A stretch of DNA of 64,000 bases from Thermoprotei archaeon (GTDB lineage: Archaea > Thermoproteota > Thermoprotei_A > Sulfolobales > Ignisphaeraceae): contig QMWT01000001.1 of NCBI GenBank assembly GCA_003661775.1, positions 1,199-65,198 on the forward strand, read 5' to 3'. A model generated the notes under the pieces. The model saw only the letters and a list, made by a program, of their open reading frames with translations. It was not told the DNA's origin and searched no databases. Below, piece by piece: positions 20,383-29,563 of the stretch (position 1 is its first letter; the number at the start of each line of letters is the position of its first letter). The translations under genes and the position numbers were made by a program.

Positions 20383-21321
20383 GTGTTACTTGATAGATTC
20401 GAGCGTGTTGTCAACTCCCTCAGAATAAGTGTTACTGCTAAGTGCAACTATAGGTGTATGTACTGTCACGCAGAAGGGATTCTCGAACATAACCTAGATG
20501 AGATTAGTGTAGATGATATAGTGTTCATAGCTTCTACTCTACGTACGTTAGGTATCGATAAGTTTAAGCTTACCGGAGGCGAACCGCTTCTTAGAAACGA
20601 TATCGTTACTCTCATTAGCAGATTGGCGGAGTTGAAGCCCCGCGACCTGAGCATTACTACCAACGGTTACATGCTCATTGACCTAGCTGAGGAGCTTTCT
20701 GAAGCAGGTCTTATGCGTGTGAACGTTAACTTACCTAGCTTGAAACGGGCTGTCTACGCCTATGTGACGGGGGTTGATGCTCTTCATCGTGTAGTAAAAG
20801 GTCTTGTTAAAGCCTCGGACGTAGGCCTTAAGGTGAAACTCAACTACGTAGTTCTTAAGAATATTAACGCTGCTGAACTGCCCAAATTAGTTGATTTCGC
20901 TTCGAGTCTAGGTGCGGATATAAACCTCATCGAGCTTGAACCTATATCCTTACCCCAGCACTTCTTTGAGAAGTACTTCGTAAAAGCTCCGGATGTACTT
21001 AAGAGTATCTCACGAAGGGTTGCTAAGAAATGGCTTAGGCTGGACCTGCATTCCAGGCCAGTGCTATTACTAGATAACGGTGTTAAGATAGAAGTGATAA
21101 GCTGGGTAAACCACGCGGCGTTCTGCATGAGGTGTAGCAGGCTAAGACTCACGAGCGATGGCAAGCTTAGGTACTGCATAGCGGATCCACAAGCTGTTGA
21201 TCTAAGAAGGTGCTTAGCCGAGCGAAGTAGCGAATGTGTGAGGAAAGCTCTTGCGGAAACAATTTCCATTCGCAGACCCTTCTGGATCAACGGATCCGGA
21301 GGATCAAAAAGGTCAACATAG
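20383..21321 (+). CDS. moaA: GTP 3',8-cyclase
   Basis: LRISVTAKCNYRCMYC, TGGEP, FCMRCSRLRLTSDGKL. Confidence 0.92.
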   Translation: MLLDRFERVVNSLRISVTAKCNYRCMYCHAEGILEHNLDEISVDDIVFIASTLRTLGIDKFKLTGGEPLLRNDIVTLISRLAELKPRDLSITTNGYMLIDLAEELSEAGLMRVNVNLPSLKRAVYAYVTGVDALHRVVKGLVKASDVGLKVKLNYVVLKNINAAELPKLVDFASSLGADINLIELEPISLPQHFFEKYFVKAPDVLKSISRRVAKKWLRLDLHSRPVLLLDNGVKIEVISWVNHAAFCMRCSRLRLTSDGKLRYCIADPQAVDLRRCLAERSSECVRKALAETISIRRPFWINGSGGSKRST

Positions 21322-21358
21322 ATTTAACAGAATTTCCAACAACCTAACCTTAGAGAGC

Positions 21359-22429
21359 ATGCGCAGCACATCACAGAAATTCTGCATAGGGTACTCAGAG
21401 GTATTTCTTGATCACAAACCCCCTCCTCAAACCTACCATCCTGAAAACCCCGAGAGACTCACAATAGCTATTGAAGCTCTTAGGAGAGAAGGGATATGGA
21501 ATTCTGCCAATATACTAAGCTATGTGTCTACAGATGCCAATTTAGCCAAGGAAATCCATAGTCACGACTACGTTGAACTTGTGAGAAGGTTAAGCAGTGG
21601 ATATGGGTGGATCGATGCAGACACCTATGTATCTCCTGGCACTTGGAGGGCCGCACTCTCAGCATTAGCCACCTCGACCAAGCTATTCGAAAACAATGTG
21701 ATGAAACGATGTAGTGTAGCACTAGCTTTAGTAAGACCACCCGGGCACCACGCAGGTATTAGCGGCAAGGCTCTAGGCGCTCCTACACAAGGATTTTGCA
21801 TATTTAACAACGTCGCCATAGCAGCTAGAAGAGCTGTCGAGATGAAGTTCACACCTGTACTGATATTAGATATAGATGTGCACCACGGCAATGGAACCCA
21901 AGAGATCTTCTGGTACTCGGCGAACATCGTACATATAGATGTACATGGTGACTATCTCTATCCGGGAACAGGGTACGTGCATGATGTAGGTGGAGGAGAG
22001 GGCGAGGGAACTAAAATCAATATTCCTCTTCCCACTGCTACGGGAGACGAGGATTACGTGTATGTATTCAAGGAGTTGATAATACCGATTATAGAGGTAA
22101 TTAGGCCCCGCACGTTTCTTGTATCAGCTGGTTTCGATGCGTATCAAAACGATGGTCTAGCATTCATGAACTTGACTTACAGAGGGTACAAGGTAATAGG
22201 CTCGATAATCTCTATGCTCTCGGCTAAATACTCTTCGACAGGTATACTCATAGTGTTGGAAGGAGGCTACAGCGAAGGGCTTGACAAAGGTCTTCCAGCA
22301 TTCATAAACGGGGTTCTAAAACCTGTAGTTGTAGAGCATAAGGGTAGAGAGCCCAAGGTTGGCGACCGCATCATCAGGATCTGCAAAAAAGTGCGTGGGA
22401 TAGTAAGAAGGTATCTAGGGCCTATATAA
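21359..22429 (+). CDS. Histone deacetylase-family protein
   Basis: HPENPER, RPPGHHA, DVHHGNGTQ, SAGFD, LEGGY. Confidence 0.93.
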   Translation: MRSTSQKFCIGYSEVFLDHKPPPQTYHPENPERLTIAIEALRREGIWNSANILSYVSTDANLAKEIHSHDYVELVRRLSSGYGWIDADTYVSPGTWRAALSALATSTKLFENNVMKRCSVALALVRPPGHHAGISGKALGAPTQGFCIFNNVAIAARRAVEMKFTPVLILDIDVHHGNGTQEIFWYSANIVHIDVHGDYLYPGTGYVHDVGGGEGEGTKINIPLPTATGDEDYVYVFKELIIPIIEVIRPRTFLVSAGFDAYQNDGLAFMNLTYRGYKVIGSIISMLSAKYSSTGILIVLEGGYSEGLDKGLPAFINGVLKPVVVEHKGREPKVGDRIIRICKKVRGIVRRYLGPI

Positions 22430-22430
22430 C

Positions 22431-22835
22431 TCAGACTCTTCGCCGGGCAAGATTCTTAACCTTTTCAAGGAACCTACTCCGCTCTATCACATACCTCTCG
22501 TGAATACCCTCACCCACTACAATGTCCTTAAACATTGCTCGTACTTCAAACGTGAGCTTTCTACCATCAATGCCTACAAGTTTTGCCTCTACAGCTATTT
22601 TTTCACCTATCGGAACTGGGGCTTTATGGGATACGCATACCCTTATTCCGACTGTAATCACATCAGGCTCCAACAGATTTTTGACACATTCCATAGCTGC
22701 GGATTCCATAAATGCTATCATAGAGGGGGTAGACAATACATCCACATCACCGCTGCCAACAACCTTAGCTACATGACTGGGCGTTACTATAAACTCCTTT
22801 CTACAGACAAGACCAGGTCTCAGCCCGCTCTTCAT
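22431..22835 (-). CDS. Hotdog-fold thioesterase (FlK-like)
   Basis: GSGDVDVLSTP, 'SHKAPVPIG', 'GEGIHER'. Confidence 0.88.
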   Translation of the reverse strand: MKSGLRPGLVCRKEFIVTPSHVAKVVGSGDVDVLSTPSMIAFMESAAMECVKNLLEPDVITVGIRVCVSHKAPVPIGEKIAVEAKLVGIDGRKLTFEVRAMFKDIVVGEGIHERYVIERSRFLEKVKNLARRRV

Positions 22836-22893
22836 ATCTTCAACCTCTTCATAACCATTATTAACCTTACTGTAAAGACGGATGCTTAGGTGG

Positions 22894-22944
22894 ATGAAGA
22901 GTACCCTCCGGCTCTGATCAGATGATGATAAGGCATTTGACCGA
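22894..22944 (+). ncRNA. Box C/D sRNA
   Basis: ATGAAGA-gtaccctccggct-CTGA-tcag-ATGATGA-taaggcatttga-CCGA with short terminal stem. Confidence 0.8.
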
Positions 22945-22949
22945 CGCCT

Positions 22950-23267
22950 CTATCTACTGCTTCCAGATTTAGATTCCTCGGCTTTCTCGCTCTTCTCCTC
23001 CTTTTTTACTTCCTCCTCTAGTTTCTTCAGCTCTTCTTCTAATTCCTTCTCAATCTCCTCGATAGGTTTCGGAGGAGGTGTAGTAGCAAGTGTATAGCCT
23101 ATCCAGCCAAGTATGCCCATAACCCCCACGACAGCTATCGTGGCAATGAGCTTCATCGTGAGGATCGCTAGGCTCTCCCCCGCGAAGAATAACAAGTATA
23201 TCACTGCTACGATTATGAGGATCGAGCCTCCTAACATACCCAAACCTATGACCTGATCCCTGTTCAT
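22950..23267 (-). CDS. Conserved two-TM archaeal membrane protein
   Basis: 'WIGYTLATTPPPKPIEEIEKE' motif; charged tail. Confidence 0.8.
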   Translation of the reverse strand: MNRDQVIGLGMLGGSILIIVAVIYLLFFAGESLAILTMKLIATIAVVGVMGILGWIGYTLATTPPPKPIEEIEKELEEELKKLEEEVKKEEKSEKAEESKSGSSR

Positions 23268-23335
23268 AGCGTTGCACCTGACCGGCCGAGGATCTCGTCT
23301 GCGTCTATATAAACGTGCCCCAGTATTAGTATGTA

Positions 23336-23791
23336 ATGGGCAGAGCTTTGAACATGAATAATGAAAGAGGGTTTAGGTATAGGGAGCATACAGCGGACGT
23401 TATAATAGAAGCTTGGGGCCCAACCCTAGAAGCCGCTTTCGAGGAAGCCGCCAAAGCAATGTTTACGCTCATAACCGATATCGAGAAGGTGGAACCGAGA
23501 GAGGAATTTTCCATCGAAGTAAAGGGGTTTGACCTAGAAAACTTGCTGTATCAATGGCTCGAAGAATTGCTTTACTATCACGACTCGCAGAACCTCGTCT
23601 TTTCCAAGTTCCAAGTTATGGAGATTAGCAGAGTAGGCGAGGATTACCTGCTGAAGGCAAAAGTCTACGGAGAGAAATTTGACCGCAAAAAACATATCCC
23701 CGGCACGGTGGTGAAAGCCGTAACCTATGCAGAGATGAGGGTCGAGAATAGGAACGGTAAGTGGTTCGTATCTGCAGTACTCGATATATAA
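23336..23791 (+). CDS. Archease
   Basis: EHTADV, VKAVTY and C-terminal VLDI. Confidence 0.95.
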   Translation: MGRALNMNNERGFRYREHTADVIIEAWGPTLEAAFEEAAKAMFTLITDIEKVEPREEFSIEVKGFDLENLLYQWLEELLYYHDSQNLVFSKFQVMEISRVGEDYLLKAKVYGEKFDRKKHIPGTVVKAVTYAEMRVENRNGKWFVSAVLDI

Positions 23792-23843
23792 GCACTTCTT
23801 CTTTAAGCCTTATTTATCTCAGTTCATACCACCTAAAGATGGA

Positions 23844-23919
23844 GCCGCCGTAGCTCAGCGGGGAGAGCGCCCGGCTGAAGACCGGGAGGTCGGGGGTTCG
23901 AATCCCCCCGGCGGCACCA
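23844..23919 (+). tRNA. tRNA-Phe(GAA), CCA encoded
   Basis: GCCGCCG acceptor; CCCGG-CT-GAA-GA-CCGGG; GGTTCGAATCC. Confidence 0.97.
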
Positions 23920-23954
23920 CTTCTCCTCCTAACCAGGATGAATCCCCTAGACGG

Positions 23955-24010
23955 ATGATGTGAACACGCCTCCGGTGCTGAGAAACCTGATGAAGTCAGC
24001 CTGGAACCGA
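23955..24010 (+). ncRNA. Box C/D sRNA candidate 35 nt downstream of tRNA-Phe
   Basis: ATGATGT-gaacacgcctccggtg-CTGA-gaaac-CTGATGA-agtcagcctggaa-CCGA. Confidence 0.65.
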
Positions 24011-24020
24011 TAACCTAATT

Positions 24021-24800
24021 TCACAAGCTCCTTCGTCGGAACGCATTCAGTATTTCTGCGAATACCTCTTCTTTACATCCACGCTCATCCTTACACTCTT
24101 TATACCTTCTTGCAAGTCTTCTTAGCTCCAGAACATCCTCGTCTTCAAGGTCAAGAAGTGTTCTCACGGGTACTCCAGCTACGCTGCGGCCGAGGATAAA
24201 ACCTAGGACTCTTGTCACGTTACTTGCACACGGATTTATCCTTGCAGACTCTAAGTCTACTACCACAGGCTTAGAAGGATCCCCTTCCCTGTAGATTACT
24301 TGGGAAAGTGGCAATGAGATCTCGGTAATCTCTACAGCAGCGAGACCTATCTTATGAACACAGCCAAGTAGCGATAGCAGCGCTTGTTTAACGACGCTTC
24401 TGTCTCTAGCCAGTAAGAGCTCCTTAAGCGTGGGTCCTTCCACGAGCTCTCTGATAACGAAAAGGTCATTACTTATGTAAACTCTTGGCACACAACCAGT
24501 TCTTTCACACACTTTGAGAAGATTTGCTTCGTGTACCATACTAGGCCTCTTAGAGTCAAACCTTCTTATTTTGGCCGCGACGATGCCGAGCTCCTCATGA
24601 AGTACTGCCACCACGATAGCTGCATGACCTTTTCCTAGAATCCTAATGCCTCTGCCCTCCATTTTGCCTAAACTCACAACTCCCCGAACGCCATACTTCC
24701 TCAGCCTTTCTAGCAACAAGTTGCAGTAGTTAGGGTACCACTGAGGGTAGCATAGCACATGCCTAGCTTCCTCTAGCGGAATAGGCGATAAGCCGTACAT
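24021..24800 (-). CDS. Atypical Ser/Thr kinase-like protein (RIO/Bud32-like)
   Basis: LGKGH loop, AAKIRR, VVDLESA. Confidence 0.75.
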   Translation of the reverse strand: MYGLSPIPLEEARHVLCYPQWYPNYCNLLLERLRKYGVRGVVSLGKMEGRGIRILGKGHAAIVVAVLHEELGIVAAKIRRFDSKRPSMVHEANLLKVCERTGCVPRVYISNDLFVIRELVEGPTLKELLLARDRSVVKQALLSLLGCVHKIGLAAVEITEISLPLSQVIYREGDPSKPVVVDLESARINPCASNVTRVLGFILGRSVAGVPVRTLLDLEDEDVLELRRLARRYKECKDERGCKEEVFAEILNAFRRRSL

Positions 24801-24806
24801 GACCGC

Positions 24807-24855
24807 TCAGCGTAGCTCAGCCACATCACTTTATCAGAGCCTATACCCTCATCAC
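24807..24855 (-). ncRNA. Box C/D sRNA predicted to guide tRNA G10 2'-O-methylation
   Basis: GTGATGA-gggtataggct-CTGA-taaa-GTGATGT-ggctgagctacg-CTGA; C box overlaps the upstream stop codon. Confidence 0.88.
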
Positions 24856-25265
24856 AGCGCTGGTCTTCGGGGAGTTTTAATCAGCGTGAGGCTACTTCTG
24901 TCAGCATAGCTAACAGTATAGTACCTAGGTTTAAGTACTTTGACTAGATGTTCAAAAGCCCTCCACGGGTCTTTCTGTGCTTCACTAATATATACATCAA
25001 CCGTTGCGTAACGGTACTCTATCCATGTGTGTACCGCTATATGGCTTCCTACCAGAATCGCTATGACTGATACCCCGCCTTTCTTACCGCCGAAAGTCCA
25101 GCTCTTTATCTCTGCAACCCTCATACCTACAAGATCCGCAGCTTCCAATACAGCTTTCCTGAGCCTGCCTTCATCACAAGCTATTGCCTCATCTACGTCG
25201 TATAAATTTCCAAATACGTGCCTTCCTCCTATGGCTGAGTTCTTACGTCGATCTCCTCTAGACAA
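24852..25265 (-). CDS. Pyruvoyl-dependent AdoMet/arginine decarboxylase-family proenzyme with divergent active site
   Basis: GRHVFGNLY, GGVS, SHIAVHTW, ATVDVY; ESH replaced by GSH and TCG by ISE. Confidence 0.85.
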   Translation of the reverse strand: MSRGDRRKNSAIGGRHVFGNLYDVDEAIACDEGRLRKAVLEAADLVGMRVAEIKSWTFGGKKGGVSVIAILVGSHIAVHTWIEYRYATVDVYISEAQKDPWRAFEHLVKVLKPRYYTVSYADRSSLTLIKTPRRPAL

Positions 25266-25309
25266 GGCGTCTACCGTTCTTGGATAGCTAGTGAGAGTCT
25301 ATAAAGCGT

Positions 25310-25930
25310 TTACTTAACCTTGGATGGGCAGACCACGGAATAAGGACAATAATTACATTCCCAAGAATAGCGGGGAACTAGTTTCATCTCTAAGTAACTC
25401 CTAACGAGATCCATAACCTCACCATCACTCATAGGCTGGGTTACAGGATATTCCGTAATCCTATCGTTTGTTATGTAGAGAAGTAGGCCTTTACTAAAGT
25501 TCTTAATCCACATGTACAACCTCAACTGGTCAATGTGATGCCTATGAGGGATTCCTACATCACTCCTACCGCTCTTTATCTCAACAATGGTGTCGCCTAT
25601 TATAGCATCTATTCTTCCACGTATCACATAGCTTTGACCCTCAACGACAACCTCCCGCTCCACCTCAACCTCCACATCAACGTTATCTTCACCGAAGATC
25701 TCCTTCAATACCTGTTCAGCTCCCCTATGCAGCAAATCTCCCATTATAAGTACTGGCTCGAATATTCGGGCGAGAGCTAGCTCAGGATACTTCTTGAAGA
25801 GTCTTGGTTTCAGGGGGCACATAAGAAGTTCAGTGACATAGATCTCGTTCTCTAGCTTCTTTTCTGCCTTTTCTTTGAACTCTTCCACCTTCCATCTAAA
25901 CAAATTCTCTACAATTCTCAACTCATTCAA
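25310..25930 (-). CDS. cas4: Stand-alone Cas4-family exonuclease
   Basis: N-terminal Cys plus C-terminal CNYCPYSVVC (4Fe-4S), GRID, EIK, QLRLY. Confidence 0.9.
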   Translation of the reverse strand: MNELRIVENLFRWKVEEFKEKAEKKLENEIYVTELLMCPLKPRLFKKYPELALARIFEPVLIMGDLLHRGAEQVLKEIFGEDNVDVEVEVEREVVVEGQSYVIRGRIDAIIGDTIVEIKSGRSDVGIPHRHHIDQLRLYMWIKNFSKGLLLYITNDRITEYPVTQPMSDGEVMDLVRSYLEMKLVPRYSWECNYCPYSVVCPSKVK

Positions 25931-25939
25931 GCTCTCACC

Positions 25940-27010
25940 TTATTCACCATATTCTCCATGCCCACTATACCTACTAAGGGCTTTGAAAAGCAGTCTGGCT
26001 CTACCCTCTTCCCTAAGCTTCCTAAGTTCATCACCTCTAGGCAGCCTTCCATGCTTTCTCATGAAGGTATAGGCATCTTCCTCCAAGTCAAGCTCTGTGT
26101 ACACTCCCATGGAGTTAAGGATGCTCCTAGCCTCTTTGATACTCTTAGTGAAGAGCACTGCTTGTGCTAATGGCGCTACAGCTAGTGTGATGTAAGGATC
26201 GAGAAAGAACGTTATTGTTTGGAGTGGTGAACATTCTATTTCCCTGCTCCCAGCACGTATAACATGCTGACCCCAACACCCTTTGAACGCCTCTAACTGA
26301 ACTCTGCTCGCCTCACTGTGAGCATGTTCAAGTAGCCTTTCCAGGATCTCTACATCCCTAGCTGTAATCCCGCGAGCTCCTAGAAGCCCGCCTAGAGAAC
26401 TAACGGTGCTGATCCTCTCGAGTATGTAACCAGGGGAGAGCTCGCCATCAGCACCAATGCTGTGTACCGCCAGGACTTTCTGTACTTGAACTCTTGCTCT
26501 CACGAGTGCTGCCAGCCCTACAGCATCGGCCAAGGGAGACCATAGCTCATCCTCGTAACCTTTAGCAAGTACGTCACCTCCCACGTCAACCGCTACCACA
26601 GCTTCAACATCTAGTTCTCTAATAAGTTCGGCTAACCCTTCTGCAACACCCTCAGCAGCTGCACTTAGGTCAACAACCGCCACCTCCTCATTAAGTGCCT
26701 GGGCTACATTTGATGCTTGGAATGCTACCTCACGCCCCCCTCTTAGCGCCCTTGAAGAGCCTTTAACCATAGCTGAGTATCTGCCTATCCTATGTACACC
26801 GACGAGCTCATCTATGGGTATCGGTCCTGGCACTGGATCTACGGACATACGCTCCCAGACAACTGAGCCAATATATGCTCGGTACCCTTCTCTACGAGCG
26901 GCAAGAGCTAGCATTGCCGCTGTAACGACATCTCCTCCGCCACCTATTCCGAAAAACAATACATTCTTTACGGAGAGAAAGTCCTTAATCAACCAATCCG
27001 CACCCTGCAT
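25940..27010 (-). CDS. DUF1152-family protein
   Basis: GIGGGGDV, VWER, DVGGD, SPLAD, GADGE. Confidence 0.85.
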   Translation of the reverse strand: MQGADWLIKDFLSVKNVLFFGIGGGGDVVTAAMLALAARREGYRAYIGSVVWERMSVDPVPGPIPIDELVGVHRIGRYSAMVKGSSRALRGGREVAFQASNVAQALNEEVAVVDLSAAAEGVAEGLAELIRELDVEAVVAVDVGGDVLAKGYEDELWSPLADAVGLAALVRARVQVQKVLAVHSIGADGELSPGYILERISTVSSLGGLLGARGITARDVEILERLLEHAHSEASRVQLEAFKGCWGQHVIRAGSREIECSPLQTITFFLDPYITLAVAPLAQAVLFTKSIKEARSILNSMGVYTELDLEEDAYTFMRKHGRLPRGDELRKLREEGRARLLFKALSRYSGHGEYGE

Positions 27011-27049
27011 GCATGGAATATCTCGGAGATTAGACTATTGCGGTAGAGA

Positions 27050-27102
27050 TCAGCGTAGAATGCGTTCATCACTGTCTCCTCAGACCGTGGTCGTCTCATC
27101 AA
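27050..27102 (-). ncRNA. Box C/D sRNA
   Basis: TTGATGA-gacgaccacggt-CTGA-ggagaca-GTGATGA-acgcattctacg-CTGA; two 12-nt guides. Confidence 0.88.
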
Positions 27103-27829
27103 CTCCACGCATATACGAACACAGTAGCCTCAGACAGTCTGTTCAACAGCTCTAAAGCCTCTCCACCTTCTAGAGAAGTACCGCCCCTCTTAGCCTTAAC
27201 TTCATAGCTAGCTCCTACAAAGAGTATTTTGCGTCAATACCTCCACTGCTTACCGATACTAGAGCCTTGCCCAACCTCAGCTCGCCAACCAGCTCTTTCA
27301 ACTTGTTGAAGAGGTGCAGTCCTGCGATACTCTCTTTTCTCACTAGTCTACCCTTAGCAATGACCTCAGCTATGAACTCATCTTTCATTAAGACACTCAA
27401 TCTTTCATCGAATTCAGAACGGACAACTAAGTACTTGCTAAGCTCCCTACTTAAACCGTGCAGCGTATACTCTGCGAAGAGCAAAACACGTGCGGTTCTT
27501 ATACCCAGAGGCAGAGGATTAACGTGAAGCTTCACCTCTAACTTCTTCTCAACTTTTCCTTCATCTTGACACAAGATGCCCATTTTAGCAAAGTCTATAG
27601 GTACATGCCTAGGCATTAACCTTATAGAAGCTCTACTACCTCCTCTGTCTATATACAGCACTACCTCAACATCATCAACTTTCTTCGGTGAAGGAAATGT
27701 AAGCAGGGGCTTACCTTTACTGTACTCCAGCGTCGATAGGGGCTCTGCCAGACATTTATCGTCGGTTAGTACATCGAGGATCCTATCACAGTATCCTAGG
27801 ACTTTAAAACTGAGCGAACGCATCAACAA
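27099..27829 (-). CDS. Hypothetical protein, apparently frameshifted near 27227-27230 (ORF track ends at 27215)
   Basis: The 204-aa ORF continues in the -1 frame (KILFVGASYEVK...VFVYAWS) to a TGA inside the sRNA C box. Confidence 0.6.
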
Positions 27830-27874
27830 TGTTCTACGCCTACATCGATGCTACGTGAGATACAGCTATTAAGT

Positions 27875-28894
27875 TCATAAAGTTCTAGAGACTTCAAGCA
27901 TTGCTTTTCTAAGCATAGATTCTACCTCATTGATATCTACGTCTTTTCTGAGCTTGAGAAGCGCTAACGATTGGTGTCCACCTGCATCCTCAACAATCCC
28001 CATTCTTACTAAGACCAAGGCTATGCGGTAAGGTAACGCACCTTTACCTCTAATTATAAGTAGCGGTGCACGATCTTTGGTTTCTACGATCACGGCCACC
28101 GGCGATCGAAAAGTTCTATAAAGCATCGATGCAAGAGCGCTCCCACCCCTAGATCTTAGCTTGCCACGTGCATCCACTAGTCGTAGATTGAATATTCTGT
28201 GTGCAGTTGGAGCAAGCTCCGTTGCAAGCTCCTTAAGCCTCTTATCACTGCTTTCGCTAATTCTCCGGATCCTTTCGATGACGTCGTGGCTAAAGGGCAT
28301 AGCAGAAAATGCTAGTGGCGATGCAAGCCATTCGACGAGCCTACGCCACAACTCTTCTTCTCTCAGATGAGTGAGAGCTTTAGATATATCAACGACTATT
28401 CTAACTAAACGCTCCAATCTCTTAGAAGGTCTTTTACTTCTCTCGATAACTCCCGTTGCTCTTACGAACATCTCTAGACGAGGTGTTAACCTCGCTCCTA
28501 TGGTCTTAAGTAGGTGGTATACCAACAAGGCCGTAGGCACCTTACCCACTATAAGCTCGTCAACAATTTTCTCTAACTCTTTACTTTTGAATATCGTAGA
28601 TAGGTGGTGGTCTATGTAGACCAAGGAAATACTTCTCGACTTAGCTTCTCTAAGGAATTTGCCTACCGAAGTTGTGAAAGGTATGTCGACTAATGCTATG
28701 ACCCGCGGTTCAACGCTCAGAATCTCGTCAGCAACCTCCTCAATACTTCTAGGACCTACCGGTCTCACCATAACGTTGCAGCGCTTCTTAATAGGATACA
28801 ATCCTAAGTTCCTCTGCGCATACAAGAGCTCTGCAGCTGAAACTACTCCATCAGCGTCCCAATCCCCTAGGATCACCACCTCAATATTACTCAA
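27875..28894 (-). CDS. DHH-family phosphoesterase
   Basis: DWDADG, LVDIP, IDHH, AGGH. Confidence 0.88.
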   Translation of the reverse strand: MSNIEVVILGDWDADGVVSAAELLYAQRNLGLYPIKKRCNVMVRPVGPRSIEEVADEILSVEPRVIALVDIPFTTSVGKFLREAKSRSISLVYIDHHLSTIFKSKELEKIVDELIVGKVPTALLVYHLLKTIGARLTPRLEMFVRATGVIERSKRPSKRLERLVRIVVDISKALTHLREEELWRRLVEWLASPLAFSAMPFSHDVIERIRRISESSDKRLKELATELAPTAHRIFNLRLVDARGKLRSRGGSALASMLYRTFRSPVAVIVETKDRAPLLIIRGKGALPYRIALVLVRMGIVEDAGGHQSLALLKLRKDVDINEVESMLRKAMLEVSRTL

Positions 28895-28972
28895 CTCCTA
28901 GAGCCCCGTGCACAGTTTAGAGAGCTTAATTTAAAACACTCCACAGACCTTCTTAAGGAGGTCGCGAGGCAG

Positions 28973-29563
28973 ATGATCATAGGTATCTCGGGAACACCCA
29001 GTACTGGTAAGAGTACAGTTGCAAGATTACTTGCTGAAAAACTCAAGGCGCTCTACATCAATCTCTCGGATCTAGTTGTAAGAAAGAAATTGTATGTGGA
29101 GTACGACGAGGCAAGACAGAGCTATGTGATTGACGAGTCGCGTGTTAGAGATTACTTAGCTAATATAAGCAGAGGGGATCTGGTTATCGTTGATAGCCAT
29201 TACGCAGAGATAGCCCCGAAGGAGCTAGTAAAGAAAGTTTTCGTACTAAGACTTCACCCATTGATACTTATGGAAAGGCTTATCAAGAGGGGGTGGCCTC
29301 TCAGAAAGGTTGCTGAAAATGTGGAGGCAGAGTTGCTTGGAGTATGCACTAGAAATGCTGTTGACGAGCTTGGACCCGAACTCGTTGTGGAGATAGACGT
29401 TACTAATAAAAGACCCGAGGACGTTGTTGAGGAAATCTTGAAGCTACTTAAAAATGGTAAGAGGCCTCAAGAAAATTGGATTGACTGGACTATTCTCCTT
29501 ACTGATGAGGAGCTGGAGAAAGTTCTTGAGTTCATAGAGCTTGGTTATTCGTCATCCGACTGA
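28973..29563 (+). CDS. Adenylate kinase, AK6/Fap7 type
   Basis: GTPSTGKST, DSH, 'RGWPLRKVAENVEAE'. Confidence 0.9.
   Translation: MIIGISGTPSTGKSTVARLLAEKLKALYINLSDLVVRKKLYVEYDEARQSYVIDESRVRDYLANISRGDLVIVDSHYAEIAPKELVKKVFVLRLHPLILMERLIKRGWPLRKVAENVEAELLGVCTRNAVDELGPELVVEIDVTNKRPEDVVEEILKLLKNGKRPQENWIDWTILLTDEELEKVLEFIELGYSSSD

Noticed and set aside
25310..25930. CRISPR-Cas locus suggested by cas4
   Set aside because: No repeat-spacer array, cas1, cas2 or effector genes seen in the window.
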